A DNA stretch of 62,235 nt, counting the filler, from Sphacelaria rigidula (Eukaryota): the NCBI GenBank assembly GCA_964200075.2. It is 10 parts of 10 records of this genome, joined end to end, with 100 filler letters (N's around TTAATTAATTAA, not from the genome) between each part and the next. Parts side by side here need not be neighbours in the genome. Positions count along the whole stretch, not along the records: positions 1 to 6,135 come from CAXNAA020022008.1; positions 6,236 to 12,369 come from CAXNAA020022009.1; 8 more parts are not named here. One strand, 5' to 3'. Each line of letters starts with the position of its first letter. The first letter of the stretch is position 1. Both the position numbers and the translations under genes were made by a program. A model generated the notes under the pieces. That model made no database searches. It was not told the origin of the DNA and saw only the letters and a program-made list of their open reading frames with translations. Below are positions 1 to 11,395 of the stretch, piece after piece.

Positions 1-2846
1 TTCTGACGCTGACTACTGTAGTGTCCTGCTTCTGTCTGTACCAGTCGGGAAGCACACGCCCCCGAGCTGCCACCCCATGTTTACCGTCATTGCGAAGGTA
101 CCAAGACAAGAGCACAAACAGCAGCTGTTGTGGCCGCTGCACATCAACGTAACTGCAGTGAAAGGCGTGCCTGACATAGTGCTGGAACGAGAAAGTACGG
201 AAATTTGGAGATCGTGAGCAGCACCGTCGCGCATGCAAAAACTACTGAGAACGATGCTGACGATGCTGTGTTGTTGACGATCAAGAGTTTTACGCTGTGC
301 GGATTGGCTACGCGCTGCATGTCTACACACGGCTATGACTGCGGGATTGGAGAGATTTCTCATGGGCCCCCATGGGGTCATGATCGTGGCATGAGTGGAA
401 GGAATCCCATCTTGTCAGTCGCTTGGCCACGGTCTGGTTCTCCCTGTCCAAATCAACATTTTCAGTATATACAGGCAGTTACTTGAAACATTGTGGCTCT
501 GCCGACCTAGGCATACATGGTGCGCAGTCTGAAATCAAATTGACTCCTCGCGCCTTGGCTTCTCTGCTGGAACCCTCAGACACAACAGCCGAAGTTCATG
601 TGTGACCTCTCGCTTTGCAACTCAATACATGAAGGATACTCGCTGTTGCAAGGCGAATTTGCCCTTTGTGCACAACCGTACAGAACGAAGCAGCACCTGG
701 TGACATGCCACAATCTGAACTGCCATCCGCCACACACTGCTCGCCGCAAGAAAAAAACACGCATCCCAGAACGAAGCTTGTCGAACATCGCACAGTTTGC
801 CTCTTATTCTGATACTATTAATAGTATATACCGCCAGTCACTAAATACATGACCGCGGTCGCCAGCAGATGTAGCCGCACATACTCGTACTAAAATCAAT
901 CTCGACGCCTTGGCTTCTGCACTGGAGTCCTGCATGAAGCAGCCGCCAGCTTTGTCCTACTTCTGTCAACTTTCCCTCTGTAATTCGACACTTCAGAGGA
1001 AACTTTGCCATTAAAAGGTGAATTTGTTTTCCGTGCACAGCCGCACAAAACAACGCAGCGCCTGGGGGCAAACCAAAGTGCATGCTGTCAGAACTTGCTT
1101 GAGGCAGGAAAAGAAGTATACGCACCGATTTTTTTAATTTGCCACCTTCGACCTCGAAAGACGCTACTGATCCTCATCCCAAAAGTGCCGATCGCGCAAC
1201 GCTTACAAATCGACACCGAAGCGGGAGATTAGACTGCGATTTCTTGCGTGCGCTTGCCACACACCCAAGCTACGTCGCCTAGTTTGATTTTGCGTTTGAG
1301 CGCGATGCTGACTCGCAAATAACCAAAATGTACCAACATAATAAGGTGTTTTCCGCTCTGGGGGGGGATTTTCGGGACGCTGACGACGCCAGAAAAATAT
1401 CAAACTACGTCTCCTAGATCTTGTGTGTATGCGGGGGGCTGTCAAGTGCCGTGGACCGGTTTGCTTCCTGTGTCGAGCACCGAGCGATCTCCAGTGCTAC
1501 AGGTTTCCTATACTAGACCAAGTGAATGCACCCGCAAACTCTGCTCCAGTGCTCAGTAAGTTGACATTGCTAGAAGGACACTACCATAACCACCTCGCCG
1601 GCTGCCAGACTGTCACAGACTCTCAGGACGTAGGATCCGCTAGCATTGCTGCTGTCTGTACGGGGGTGTTGCCCCCTTGTCAGGTACATTTTGGAGCATG
1701 ATACTAGATAGATGAAGATCACCCTTCCTTGTACGTGAGCACCAAACGCTGGGGGTTCTCTCTCAATACTTCGATTTGGAGGATGAAACTAGGTAGAGAA
1801 CAGCAACTGCTGTGTGCCCAGGTGCCCCTTGGAGCAGGATGCGCTTGGTGTCCGTTTGAAGAAGTTATTCCCAGAAAACCGAAATCGATAAGGGTTTTAG
1901 GCCGGCAAATTCTACCACAAAAACTATCGCAAGGATCCGATCGCAAGAATCACGACGACGCAAAAACGTAGTCGCAAAAAACCTCTTGGTCGATTTTTTA
2001 CCCGCAGCAGAAACCGACCTCACTTTGTGAAATTGGAATACAATCTGTCAATAGTCATCGTCATCAATAGATTTGGCACGCAGTCTATCGATAGTCATTG
2101 CAGGCATCAATAGATTTGGAAAGCTATCGCACCTTGTACAACTATCCAGCTGACTTGAGCTTTACTTGCTGATGATGCGCCGGTCAACTAGATAGTTGCA
2201 ACTATTTAGACAGCCATATAGCGCTCAAACCGGTCTGGCTTCCGGTGTGCTGCGCGCAGCAACGCGTGAAATGGCGCAAAATTCGACCCCGTGGCTATGA
2301 CCCGCGGTGGTATTATTCACACGTATTTTTGTCCCCAGTGGCGAAGTAAATCGATATTCCAGTGTATTAGTTGTCACGGATAGTTGTACAGGGTGTGAAA
2401 GCTATCGATCGGTGCATTTGGTCGGCCGCAATAGATTTCGGTGTAGGGTCACAGTAGACTGCTGCCCAGACAACAGTGTGGGAAACTGGTCTGTCGATAG
2501 ACATTGCCAACGGCAATAGAAAGATAAAATTGACGATCGATGGTCATTACAGACGACAATAATGGCATGTTCTGCAGCAGATTCTATTGCTATCGCAATA
2601 GATGCCGTCTATTGTCCAGGGTGTGATCTCGTCATCGACACGCGTGTACGCCGCATTCTTTCGGCGGTGCACCCAGCCACAACTGATTCACTGCTGCAGA
2701 GTTTCGGGAGGAAAGATGGTCTCGCTCTGTGTAACTGTTTCGCGCCATCCCTGCAAGAAAGATATGCCACTTGCACCATATTGTTGAGATCGCTCCCATT
2801 TTCCAGGATTCGCTCTTGAGTCGAATTGTGTGTTCGCATGACATGG

Positions 2847-3148
2847 AACAATGCTTTCGTGAAATTGAGAGTAGATCGTTGACCGAGAGATGGTTTGATC
2901 ATTCGCTTCAACTTGACCAATTTCTCATTCGGTGTGTGCTTTTCTTTGCCTGTAGCACTGGCGTGTGCATACAGCTACACGACGATATCCTACTCAGGGA
3001 TATCAAGGGCTTCGGTGGCAAGCTGCGGCAGAAAGCGAATGGGGCCTCGTGGAGGGGTATTTCGGAACTGAAGCTACGAATTCAGTTATCAACCGCTTCT
3101 CACTCTAAATCGTATCCTCCACCACTCTCAACCTCACGGAAACATTCT
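2847..3148. mobile_element. ~300-bp MITE, family with TIR AACAATGTTTTCGTGAGATTGAGAGTAGA
   Basis: Left end aacaatgctttcgtgaaattgagagtaga, right end ctctcaacctcacggaaacattctt. Homologous copies at ~4803-5111, 47769-48067 and partially 37405-37484. Confidence 0.7.
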
Positions 3149-3177
3149 TCTTACAGTTGCTCTCCACTTTGGGGCAT

Positions 3178-3268
3178 GAGAAAAATCCCAGGTCACTCCG
3201 AGATTCGGACCCACGACCCATCCATCGCAAGGTTTCGAGCTTACCAACTGAGCCACTAGGGCGACCGG
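3178..3268 (-). repeat. tRNA-derived SINE head / tRNA pseudogene
   Basis: Minus strand reads gtggctcagttggtaagctc (A-box) ... gggtccgaatctcgg (B-box-like), then T-run. Related copy at 6240-6325. Confidence 0.6.
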
Positions 3269-3428
3269 CGCCATATCTCGAGATATGTAACGAATTGGGT
3301 GAAGGTGAGGGTATTCATCGTTTCCCCGTGCTCTAGGGAATGCCGACACCAAAGCTCGTCACCATCCGCTGTATATATCGTTCGAGGTTTTATAGACTTT
3401 GGTATGGACGCGATCTCCGTACGGTATA

Positions 3429-4787
3429 CTCCCTCTGGTCGGGGATATAAGCAAGGTCTGGAGAAAAAGCGGCTTGACTCCTGCCTGCAGAACTCTATCT
3501 CCGAACGGTTTTTTTATTGGTTCCGCCGAACCAGCGCGCAGCGCGCAGAACCGCGGTCTTTTTGGCGCCACCTCGCAAAAGTGTGTTGCACCCCAGCAGA
3601 CCACGCCCGATCTCACCACCCCTACTTTGGAGGTCCGGTCAAACGCCTTCCCATCTGCTGTTGGGGCATGTCTGCTGCTGGGAGTGCCTCTCGGGGGCAA
3701 AAACGCAGGAATTTCAACCTTTCGCAGAGGGAAGAGGTGGTTCGCTACCTCCTCGCCAGCAGCAAAGATGGGGTTCGGCGCCATGGTTCGTTCCAGGATG
3801 CCGCGGAGAAGTACGGGTGCCATTGGGAGACGATAAAGAGGATTTGGGTGAAGCACCAGAAGCGGGAGGAAGCTGGAGACCCCGATGCGTACATTGGGAA
3901 CGACCGCAAGGGCCATTCCGGCCAAAAGGGCATCGATGTTGAGAACCTACGTGAACGCGTCAAGGAGATTCCGCTGAATGAACGCGCCACACAGCGCCGC
4001 TTGGCCGCGGCGATAGGGATTTCCCAAAACCACGCTGAACGACAACCTCAAGGCGCTTGGGTTGAGAGCACACTCGAACGCGCTCAAGGAGGGGGGCTGC
4101 TGCAGGACAAGGAGGGGGGGCTGCTGCAGGACAGGGAGGGGGGGCTGCAGGGGGGGACGGGACGGCGGCCGTGTAGAATGAGGTGGTTGCGGTGTACGGA
4201 GTAGATCAAGTGTGACCGACGAGTACTCCGGAGTACTCTGGGAGTAACAGGGAGCGGCTGCAGTAGGGAAAGGGGCGGCCTATTGCGGAGAAGTGTCGCC
4301 GTACTGCTGTGTAGACGGAGACGGCTGCCATGGAGTACTCGGAGTAGAGTTGTTTGGCTACCGAGGCTGAGGCTGCACAGGCAGTTGGTTCGGGGCGCGG
4401 GTCAAGTTGGTTTTCCACGTTCGCCAACACGGGGATGAGAATAAACTGTCCCCTCCCTTTTCGAGAGGCACCATGTTTTTTTTCATTGAAATAATGTTAT
4501 GCCTAATTCCAACTCTCTCTTCGGAGTACTCTCGTCACACTTGACAGGAAGTATGTCCTGTCGCTGGGTACAAAAATGCCGGATTTCCGCCATTTCCCTG
4601 GCCCGGGGATGGTAACGCACCATCCCCCCCCTGTGGAGCGGATTTTTTTTTTTATGGGATGTGTGATCATTTGCCGTCGTTGTCCGACCTCCACCGTGCC
4701 CAAATGGCTCGTTTCTGTCAATATTGTGGAAACCTCGCTTATATTCCCAGATTTCCAAACCTTGCTTATATCCCCGACCAGAGGGAG
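3429..4787 (+). mobile_element. Internally deleted Tc1/mariner DNA transposon (plant-mariner/Stowaway-type ends)
   Basis: 29-bp perfect TIR CTCCCTCTGGTCGGGGATATAAGCAAGGT at 3429 and inverted ending at 4787. TA duplication at 3427-3428 and 4788-4789. Contains a transposase N-terminus. Confidence 0.9.
3668..4088 (+). pseudogene. Truncated, frameshifted mariner transposase (HTH DNA-binding region only)
   Basis: ...CHWETIKRIW...NDRKGHSGQKGIDVENLRERVKEIPLNERATQRRLAAAIGI; after a 1-nt insertion at ~4021 it continues PKTTLNDNLKALGLRAHSNALK. This matches the plant-type mariner pattern RKG.CGRK...IPL..RTT.R.LA.ALG...HSNALKP. No catalytic domain follows. Confidence 0.82.
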
Positions 4788-4802
4788 TAGAAATTAGACA
4801 TG

Positions 4803-5111
4803 GGATTGAGAGTAGGAGATACGATTGAGAGTAAGTAGGAGAGGTTACGACTGAGAGTGAGAAGCGGCCAATCAGTGAATGGATCGTTTCAGTCTCTAAA
4901 TGCCCCTCCACGAGATCCGATATGCTTTCTGCTAGCTTGCCACTGAAGCCCTTGATATACATGAGTAAAATATCGATGTGTAGCTGTATGCACACGCCAG
5001 TGCTACAGGCAAAGAAAAGCACACCAAATGAGAAATGGGTCAAGTTGAAGCGAATGGTCAAACCCACACTCTCAATCAAAGCTCTACTCTCAGTCTCACG
5101 AAAACATTGTT
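4803..5111. mobile_element. Second copy of the ~300-bp AACAATG-TIR MITE (one end eroded)
   Basis: Reverse-complement homologue of 2847-3148, ending ctctactctcagtctcacgaaaacattgtt. Confidence 0.65.
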
Positions 5112-6239
5112 ACACTTTGTGACCCTGTTGTGATGAAGTACGTGTATCGTAGACTTCTATGCTACACCAGAAGAGACAGGTTTCAAACACGTGAAACGTT
5201 CGGTCTACATACATATTAATCTCACAATTCCATCCACTCAAAATTGACGCTCAAGGCAACAAAACGCTGAAGACAAAATCTTACCCCATCCCAATAAACA
5301 GTACAGTAGTACTTGCTGCAAGAAAGGAAAGACGGGCTCTGTGTCTACGACGAAATAAAGGGCTGCACAAAGCACACACATGATTTTCGAGGCGTTTTGG
5401 AGCGCGCTTGGGCTACGATGCCGCTTGGTTGTTGGCCACCGAACGCACCCACCGCCTACACACACGTGCGCGTTGGGGCAAACCACGACACAAATACGTA
5501 ATCTAGACGCACACTCGATAGACCCACAGACCAACTCCTTCCCGGGTTGGACCACGTAGAAAAACCAAACACCGTACAGAAACGATCCCATCCCGTCCGG
5601 AGAAGTTCTTGATTCTGTTGATCGCTCTGGGCTATCCGTAAACTGTTTACGGATCTTGCCGATAATCTGAGTGATACAACCGAAACCTTCAACGGCGGAA
5701 GATTGAGGCTTCAGGCCCTGGCAAACTTCATTTTTAATCTGACAAGTACGAGCATGTGATCTCCGTCGTTGACAAAGTGACCATGTTACGCAGTAGCAAG
5801 AAACACCTTCTTTACGACAGTCAAAGCGGTGCGGGAGTGCTGGTCATGATCTAATCCGTGATACCAAAATGTACGGCGTAGACTGCTTCGGGGGGAGGCG
5901 TGCTGAAATGTTGCTAGCGTCAGTCATGTGACCATTAACCACGCATTTCTTTCGAGACGGAGCACTGTATCGAGGGAGAAGACATGGGTCGACCTCTTCC
6001 AAATACAAACTCGTTCCGAGAAGGTGACAGAAAAAACGTACTACGGTGAGTGGGTGGGTGGGTGGGTGGGTAGGTGGGTGGGGGGGGGGGGGGGGGGGGG
6101 GGTGGAAAAAGAAAAAAAACCAGAGGGGGAAAAAANNNNNNNNNNNNNNNNNNNNNNNNNNNNNNNNNNNNNNNNNNNNTTAATTAATTAANNNNNNNNN
6201 NNNNNNNNNNNNNNNNNNNNNNNNNNNNNNNNNNNAAGA

Positions 6240-6325
6240 AAAAACCCCAGAGCGCTCCGGGAATCGAACCCCACAACTCAACCATCAGAAGGTTATGAGG
6301 TTACCAACTGAGCCACCCGAGCGAG
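6240..6325 (-). repeat. tRNA-derived SINE head
   Basis: Minus strand: ggtggctcagttggtaacc...ggggttcgattcccggagcgctctgggg followed by a T-run. Pol III A and B boxes are present. Confidence 0.65.
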
Positions 6326-6443
6326 TAGGATACTTCAAAGTATGTATTTGCAACATGATACACATGTGTATCTTTTTGAAGATGGGTTGTGGATTGCCGT
6401 TCATATGGTCTCGTCGCGAATTCACCGTGCAAAAAATGTGCAG

Positions 6444-8256
6444 ATCGAGCGACGTGGACCTCTTCATCTACGGCCTAACTGAGAAGGAGGCCACGGAGAA
6501 AGTTCGCCAGATATATCAAGCCGTCAAGCGAGCGAATAAGAAGGTGACACGCCATACCTATATTTAATGGAGTAGCTCAATCCTTTTTCATTCACCGCGA
6601 AGATTTTAGGATACTTCTCGTGGGGGCGTTTTTGCACAAAAGTCAACTCACGAAACATTTACATTTACGCACAGCAGGGGTCCCACCACAGTGCTCGATC
6701 CCACCACTATACGATCAGAATTAGGTGTCACGTCCGACCCGCCATACTGTGAGTAATTTCAATATACCCGTACATCGCGGGGTCCGACAAAAGTGCTGTC
6801 ATGAGAGATTGGCAACCCCCCCCCCCCACTGCAGTTGAACCGCCGCTGTATGTTGTTATCTGTCTCCTGTATGGGCCGGCTCGCTCTGGATATTGCCCCT
6901 GGNNNNNNNNNNGACTCCCCGGGGTCCGCCAAAAGTGCTGTCATGAGGGATTGGCCCCCCCCCCCCCCCCCACTGCAGTTGAACCGCCGCTGTATGTTGT
7001 TATCTGTATCATGTATGGGCCGGCTCGTTCTGGATATTGCCCTCGGGCATTGAGTGTTTCGCGAACCGGGGGTGGTGTCTACTGCAAGCCACCGCAAATG
7101 ATGGAACCGTACTCATCTCAGCCTCACCTTTTTCGATGCTGTTTCTGTGCTGACCAGCAAAATAACGACTATGATAGTTCGGAGCACTGGGCAGTCGAAG
7201 AGTTCGTACCGCCGCCGCTTTTATCACCAGGAGGTCGAATATGTGGTCATGGCTGTCTTGGCTTCCACCAAGGACTAGCCCCGCACGTGGGTGCTGCGCA
7301 AATATGACCGAAACTGAAAAAGGACGTATTGCAGTATTTCCGACGCTACAAATAGCACCACTTTTGCTCTGCGATGCACCTCCGGTTTCACATTTTGTTG
7401 TCGTACGTTGAAAGTGGTTCGAGATGCCAGGTTTTGAGCGGTTTACCTGCGCTCAAATATTTAGAAACTTCAGCACCCACGCTCACCCCCACCCTCCAAC
7501 TACCCATCCGTTCATTCGTCTTGCCCCACCTGTTTCGCATGAAAGATTTTCGCAGTACGGTCGCTTCGGGCCATCACTCTGGTGTCGGAGTTCCCATACC
7601 GGAAAGTGCAAATCGTGCTGCGCCTGTACAAGACTCTGGCGGAGGTTCTACACGGCTTCGACGTGGACGCCTGCAGCGTGGGATTTGATGGCCACACGGT
7701 GAACTCTTAACCCCTTGACTTCCTGGCGGGGGTTGTCTGCCTCTGCCTATCGGGGTCACCTTTCGAGCGAAGATGGTATCGATTAAACGGATGACCCACG
7801 CAAGCGCTCATAGAAGGGGCAAAACAAGACAAGAACATTTACCCAAGGGTCGCGACCAACCGACATACCGGGGTCATGTGGTCATGCGCATCTTGCGAGT
7901 CGTGCGTGTATACGGCAAGTACTGCCCGTACCTTGTTTTGTTGTCTGACGGTAAATATTGGCTGTGAGACATACACGACCCAATCTCGGGACAAGCAGGC
8001 ATGATTCATTCTGATGAACGAAGCATACTTTTGAAGAATTCATAATTTCTAATTGGATGGTACCAACCAAGGTTGACTTTCTTCTTTTCCCTCACTCCCT
8101 CTTTTGTCCGTTGTTTCTTGTTTTCATGTGACTGGTGGGCCAGGTATGGGCGACAAACCGCGCGGCACGGGCGATATGCAAGCAGTACAACGTGGTGGAT
8201 CTGTCGCGCCGCAGCCCCTCCTACGAGCACCGCTTGTTCAAGTACGGCAAGCGAGG
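6444..8256 (+). CDS. Partial multi-exon gene for an uncharacterised nucleotidyltransferase-fold protein (exons 6444-6543, 7546-7698, 8144-8256)
   Basis: All introns are GT-AG with matching phase. Spliced: SSDVDLFIYGLTEKEATEKVRQIYQAVKRANKK|IFAVRSLRAITLVSEFPYRKVQIVLRLYKTLAEVLHGFDVDACSVGFDGHT|VWATNRAARAICKQYNVVDLSRRSPSYEHRLFKYGKRG. DxD motif and downstream motifs resemble (from recall) the NTase-like domain of fungal and giant-virus proteins usually annotated 'ankyrin repeat protein'. Confidence 0.85.
6775..7047 (+). repeat. Intronic direct duplication of a ~130-bp unit around a small N gap
   Basis: ggggtccg.caaaagtgctgtcatgag...ctggatattgccc occurs twice (6775-6902, 6917-7047). Confidence 0.7.
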
Positions 8257-8759
8257 GTGAGTATGCTCCAAAATGTATCCAACGACTACTAGTTCTCCTT
8301 CTACAGTGCCTGGCGGTAGCTGCCGTCTTGTTGGGGCCCAGAACTATTGTTTTCGCGGCCAGCCAAAGCGCCTCTTCGCCGCGAGAACCGTGAAGGTTTT
8401 TTTTTTCTTTCATCGTCGTACATTATGCGGACCTTCTTCCTATGGAAGAATCCGTCGACTCACGGAATCAATTCATCTCTCCCGCTGGAATCTGCCTTGA
8501 AAATTATTTTTCGAGTTCCGGAACACCAGTCCCGCACCCCTATCGTGTTTTCCTTTCTTTTTTTTGACCTGTCAACTCGACGTTTTCTCGTTTTCCAGGA
8601 CGGAAACCAGTGGAATAGACCATTCCTGTCGAAATTCGAATCCATTCCCCGAACCAAACTGGCCAATGGTTTCCGATCGATCGCTTCATGGTTGCAGTGA
8701 TTGAAGTGCATTACGTACTCAAGCGCTCAGTTGCCGCTACAGCGGGAACGGTTTTACCA

Positions 8760-10260
8760 CGAGCTGGTCCAGCCTAGACGCGAATTTATAGTTTGCAGGC
8801 CCCGCCTCACCTCAATTTCAAGACGTGGACTTTCAAATTTGGTACGGAGAATGAATAGGGGGTAAACGAAAAGAATAGGACGATGTGTTTTTTTTTCACG
8901 AGTCAACGGCATTTTATTGAAAACTCAAGAACGATTATTGCCTTCAAATCATGAAAAAAGAGCATACGGTCCGGATATTTTTATTATGCTCCATTCATTC
9001 CCCGTACCAAAATTTGAAAGTCCAACTCTCAAAATTGAGGTGAGGCGGGGCGAGGTGATTCAGAAACCGGGACGGTCGAAAGTCGAAATTTTCGAGGTAA
9101 CTCACCGGCCCCGGTTCGATACTTGTGTTTTGAAATTTTGTGTATGACCTCGCTAGGGCATACGGAATCAAAGAATGGGACAGGTCCATTTATTTGTTCT
9201 TTTAAGTAATCAAGGGCGTTTTGGTATAGCAAAAAACATTTTTTTTCACGAGGATGCCCTTAGCTCTCAATAACTACATTGAAGGCCCACTTGAAAAAAA
9301 AATCAGTATGCCTTTGCGACTCTTCATGCCAAGTTTCAAATCACAGTTCTAAGAATTGAGCTGGAAAATTGGAGTAGGGGCCAAGGGCAATGTGCGCTTT
9401 TACTCAAAACTCGCCTAAAAAACGGAACACAATTTTACAGAGGAAAGCATCTCAAGAATCCGTTTTTAAATGTCCTACCGATTCTCCATACCAAATATCA
9501 AAGCTCTACTCTCAAAAGGAGGCAGGTTAACCGGCGTTGGGGTACCAATGCTCATGGTTGACACAATTCTACAAGTATTGCTACCGCCATCCTTAACCCT
9601 AACCCAACGCATACGGAGAACCCTCTGGCAAAGGCGTCACTTAGCATTCCCCAGGCAAAGTGCGGCTTTCGTAGACCCCAAATCGGCGCCTGTGGCACCG
9701 ATTTCAACGAAAACGGGTTCTGCGCACGCTAGGAGCATGTTCGGAGCTCCAGCCTCACGAAAGGTCCGATTCTCGTTGTACCCACTCAAATCAAGTAATC
9801 TCAACCATGGACATTTGTAGCCCAACGCCGGTTAACTGTACTGCTCAAAAACGAGACCCAAAATTCAGATTTAGTGCGTTTGGTGCATCTTCTCGTAATA
9901 TACTGATTACAGTATGGAATACTATGTGCGCCATATCTCGAGATATATGACGAATTAGGTGAAGGTGACAGTTTCGATCATTTCCCCGTGCTCCAGGGAA
10001 TGTACACACCAAAAACCGACGTCAAATGCTGAATGTATCCTTCGGGGTTTCACGCAGACTTTGGTATGGACCTTATTTCCGTACGGCATAGGAATTACTG
10101 GACATGGAGTTTAATCAACCAGAAAGGATCGGTCAGACTTTTGAGCACATGGGCATCCTTTCCTTGATTAGATGATGAATACGATTTGTGGATCACGGCT
10201 CAACTCGTCTGTGTAGATAAGATATGGCTTGGAGAGCTTCAATCCGTGTCTAGGCTGGAC
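8760..10260 (+). mobile_element. ~1.2-1.5 kb non-coding dispersed repeat with internal foldback
   Basis: Colinear with 13255-14400 (starts gagctgg.ccagcctaga). Internal inverted arms at ~8797-8860 and ~8990-9052. Its distal part also occurs at 3268-3428. Confidence 0.6.
9519..9843. mobile_element. ~320-bp MITE nested in the foldback repeat, containing a CCCTAA telomere-like motif
   Basis: Inverted ends gttaaccggcgttggggtaccaatg / catttgtagcccaacgccggttaac. Flanked by a ctcaaaa duplication and absent from the host homologue near 14030. Related sequences at ~17119-17345 and ~16225-16480. Confidence 0.7.
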
Positions 10261-10832
10261 TAGCTCATTCATGAAGCAGAAATGAGATACTAGATCGGGC
10301 TGCACACCTTGCGGTTGCTCAACCGCAACACTTTGTTCCTGCACCTGAAGTACGCGCATACTGCTGCGAAAAAGCCACCGAAACACACCGAAGCAAGTTG
10401 GTTCTATTTCTGCAGTTACTCATCTAGACGAAGGCTTCATCGTTTTCAAGGTCGAATGCTTGGAGGCTCATGTTTCGCACCGGCGATGTAGCGGACCGGT
10501 GTTGCTCCAATCAAGGGGTACTCGGTACTTGGGCCCAGAGTGACCTGCTGCGGGGTGATGTGTGGTGTGAGGTGTTGTGTGTTATGTGTTGTGAGGGCTG
10601 TATAGGGCGTGTGGGTAAATTTTGGAACACAGGGTGCACCGGGGTGGCTGAAATGACCGCCCTACACACGGTTTGGAGATCAACGCAAAAATGGAAAAAT
10701 AATCGAGAATTGAAACTCGATGCTCGATATTGATTAGAACCGATAAATTTGGTTTTTCAGCCGGCGATTTCGATACGCAGAATCGTCTATGTAAACCACA
10801 ATTTCCCGTGCAATTCGATACCAAGCTTCTAC

Positions 10833-10863
<31 letters not shown>

Positions 10864-11129
10864 GGGAAGGCGTATCGCTAGAGTGGTCAGATACCTACGG
10901 GGGAGACTGCCGTCCTGATGCCGAAGGAACTCCGAGGCTGCCGATGATTTACTCTTGTATAGTAGGCAAGAGGGGGTCAGACTAGAAGTGGTCGCTAGGG
11001 GCGACCAGGACCTCGGGGGATGTTGGACCGTCCTAATATTAGGCTCTTCCTGGCATCACCCCGGGTTGTCTAGTTACGTCGGCATTACAGGGTCCTCGGT
11101 AATCTGGTCCTTCCGGACCGTTCCTGCCT

Positions 11130-11395
11130 CGTCCCTGCTTGCGCTGGTTCTTCACACGTGTGTGGCATCAGTCTCTGATATGTCACTGCAAAGTGGTATC
11201 TTCCACATTATTATGTACATGTGTTGGTCTACTCTGTCGTTTTGTTCGACTTTTTGTTTTTGTTTCTGTTCCTTCTTTTCTCCAGCGAGTGCTTCAGTTG
11301 TGTTTTGTCTTGGGTACGTCTATCATGAGACCACGGCTGGACCCCTGGAGGGTCAGTTAAAGTACGACAATCAATCAAAATCAAATAAAATCAAT
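11130..11395 (+). mobile_element. 3' end of a LINE/SINE-like retroelement with (AATC)n tail
   Basis: ...cttgggtacgtctatcatgagaccacggctggacccctggagggtcagttaaagtacgacaatcaatc; near-identical reverse copy at 26884-27045. Confidence 0.6.

Noticed and set aside
2847..5111. Inverted ~270-bp arms suggesting one large composite transposon around the mariner
   Set aside because: Each arm is an independent copy of a self-contained ~300-bp MITE; a complete copy lies at 47769-48067.
6180..6191. Regularly spaced TTAATTAATTAA palindrome resembling a periodic repeat array
   Set aside because: It is embedded in Ns at every occurrence and is an assembly linker.
8598..8700. Candidate fourth exon of the NTase gene
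   Set aside because: The required phase does not give the expected G-F/Y-hydrophobic continuation. The next exon probably lies off-contig.
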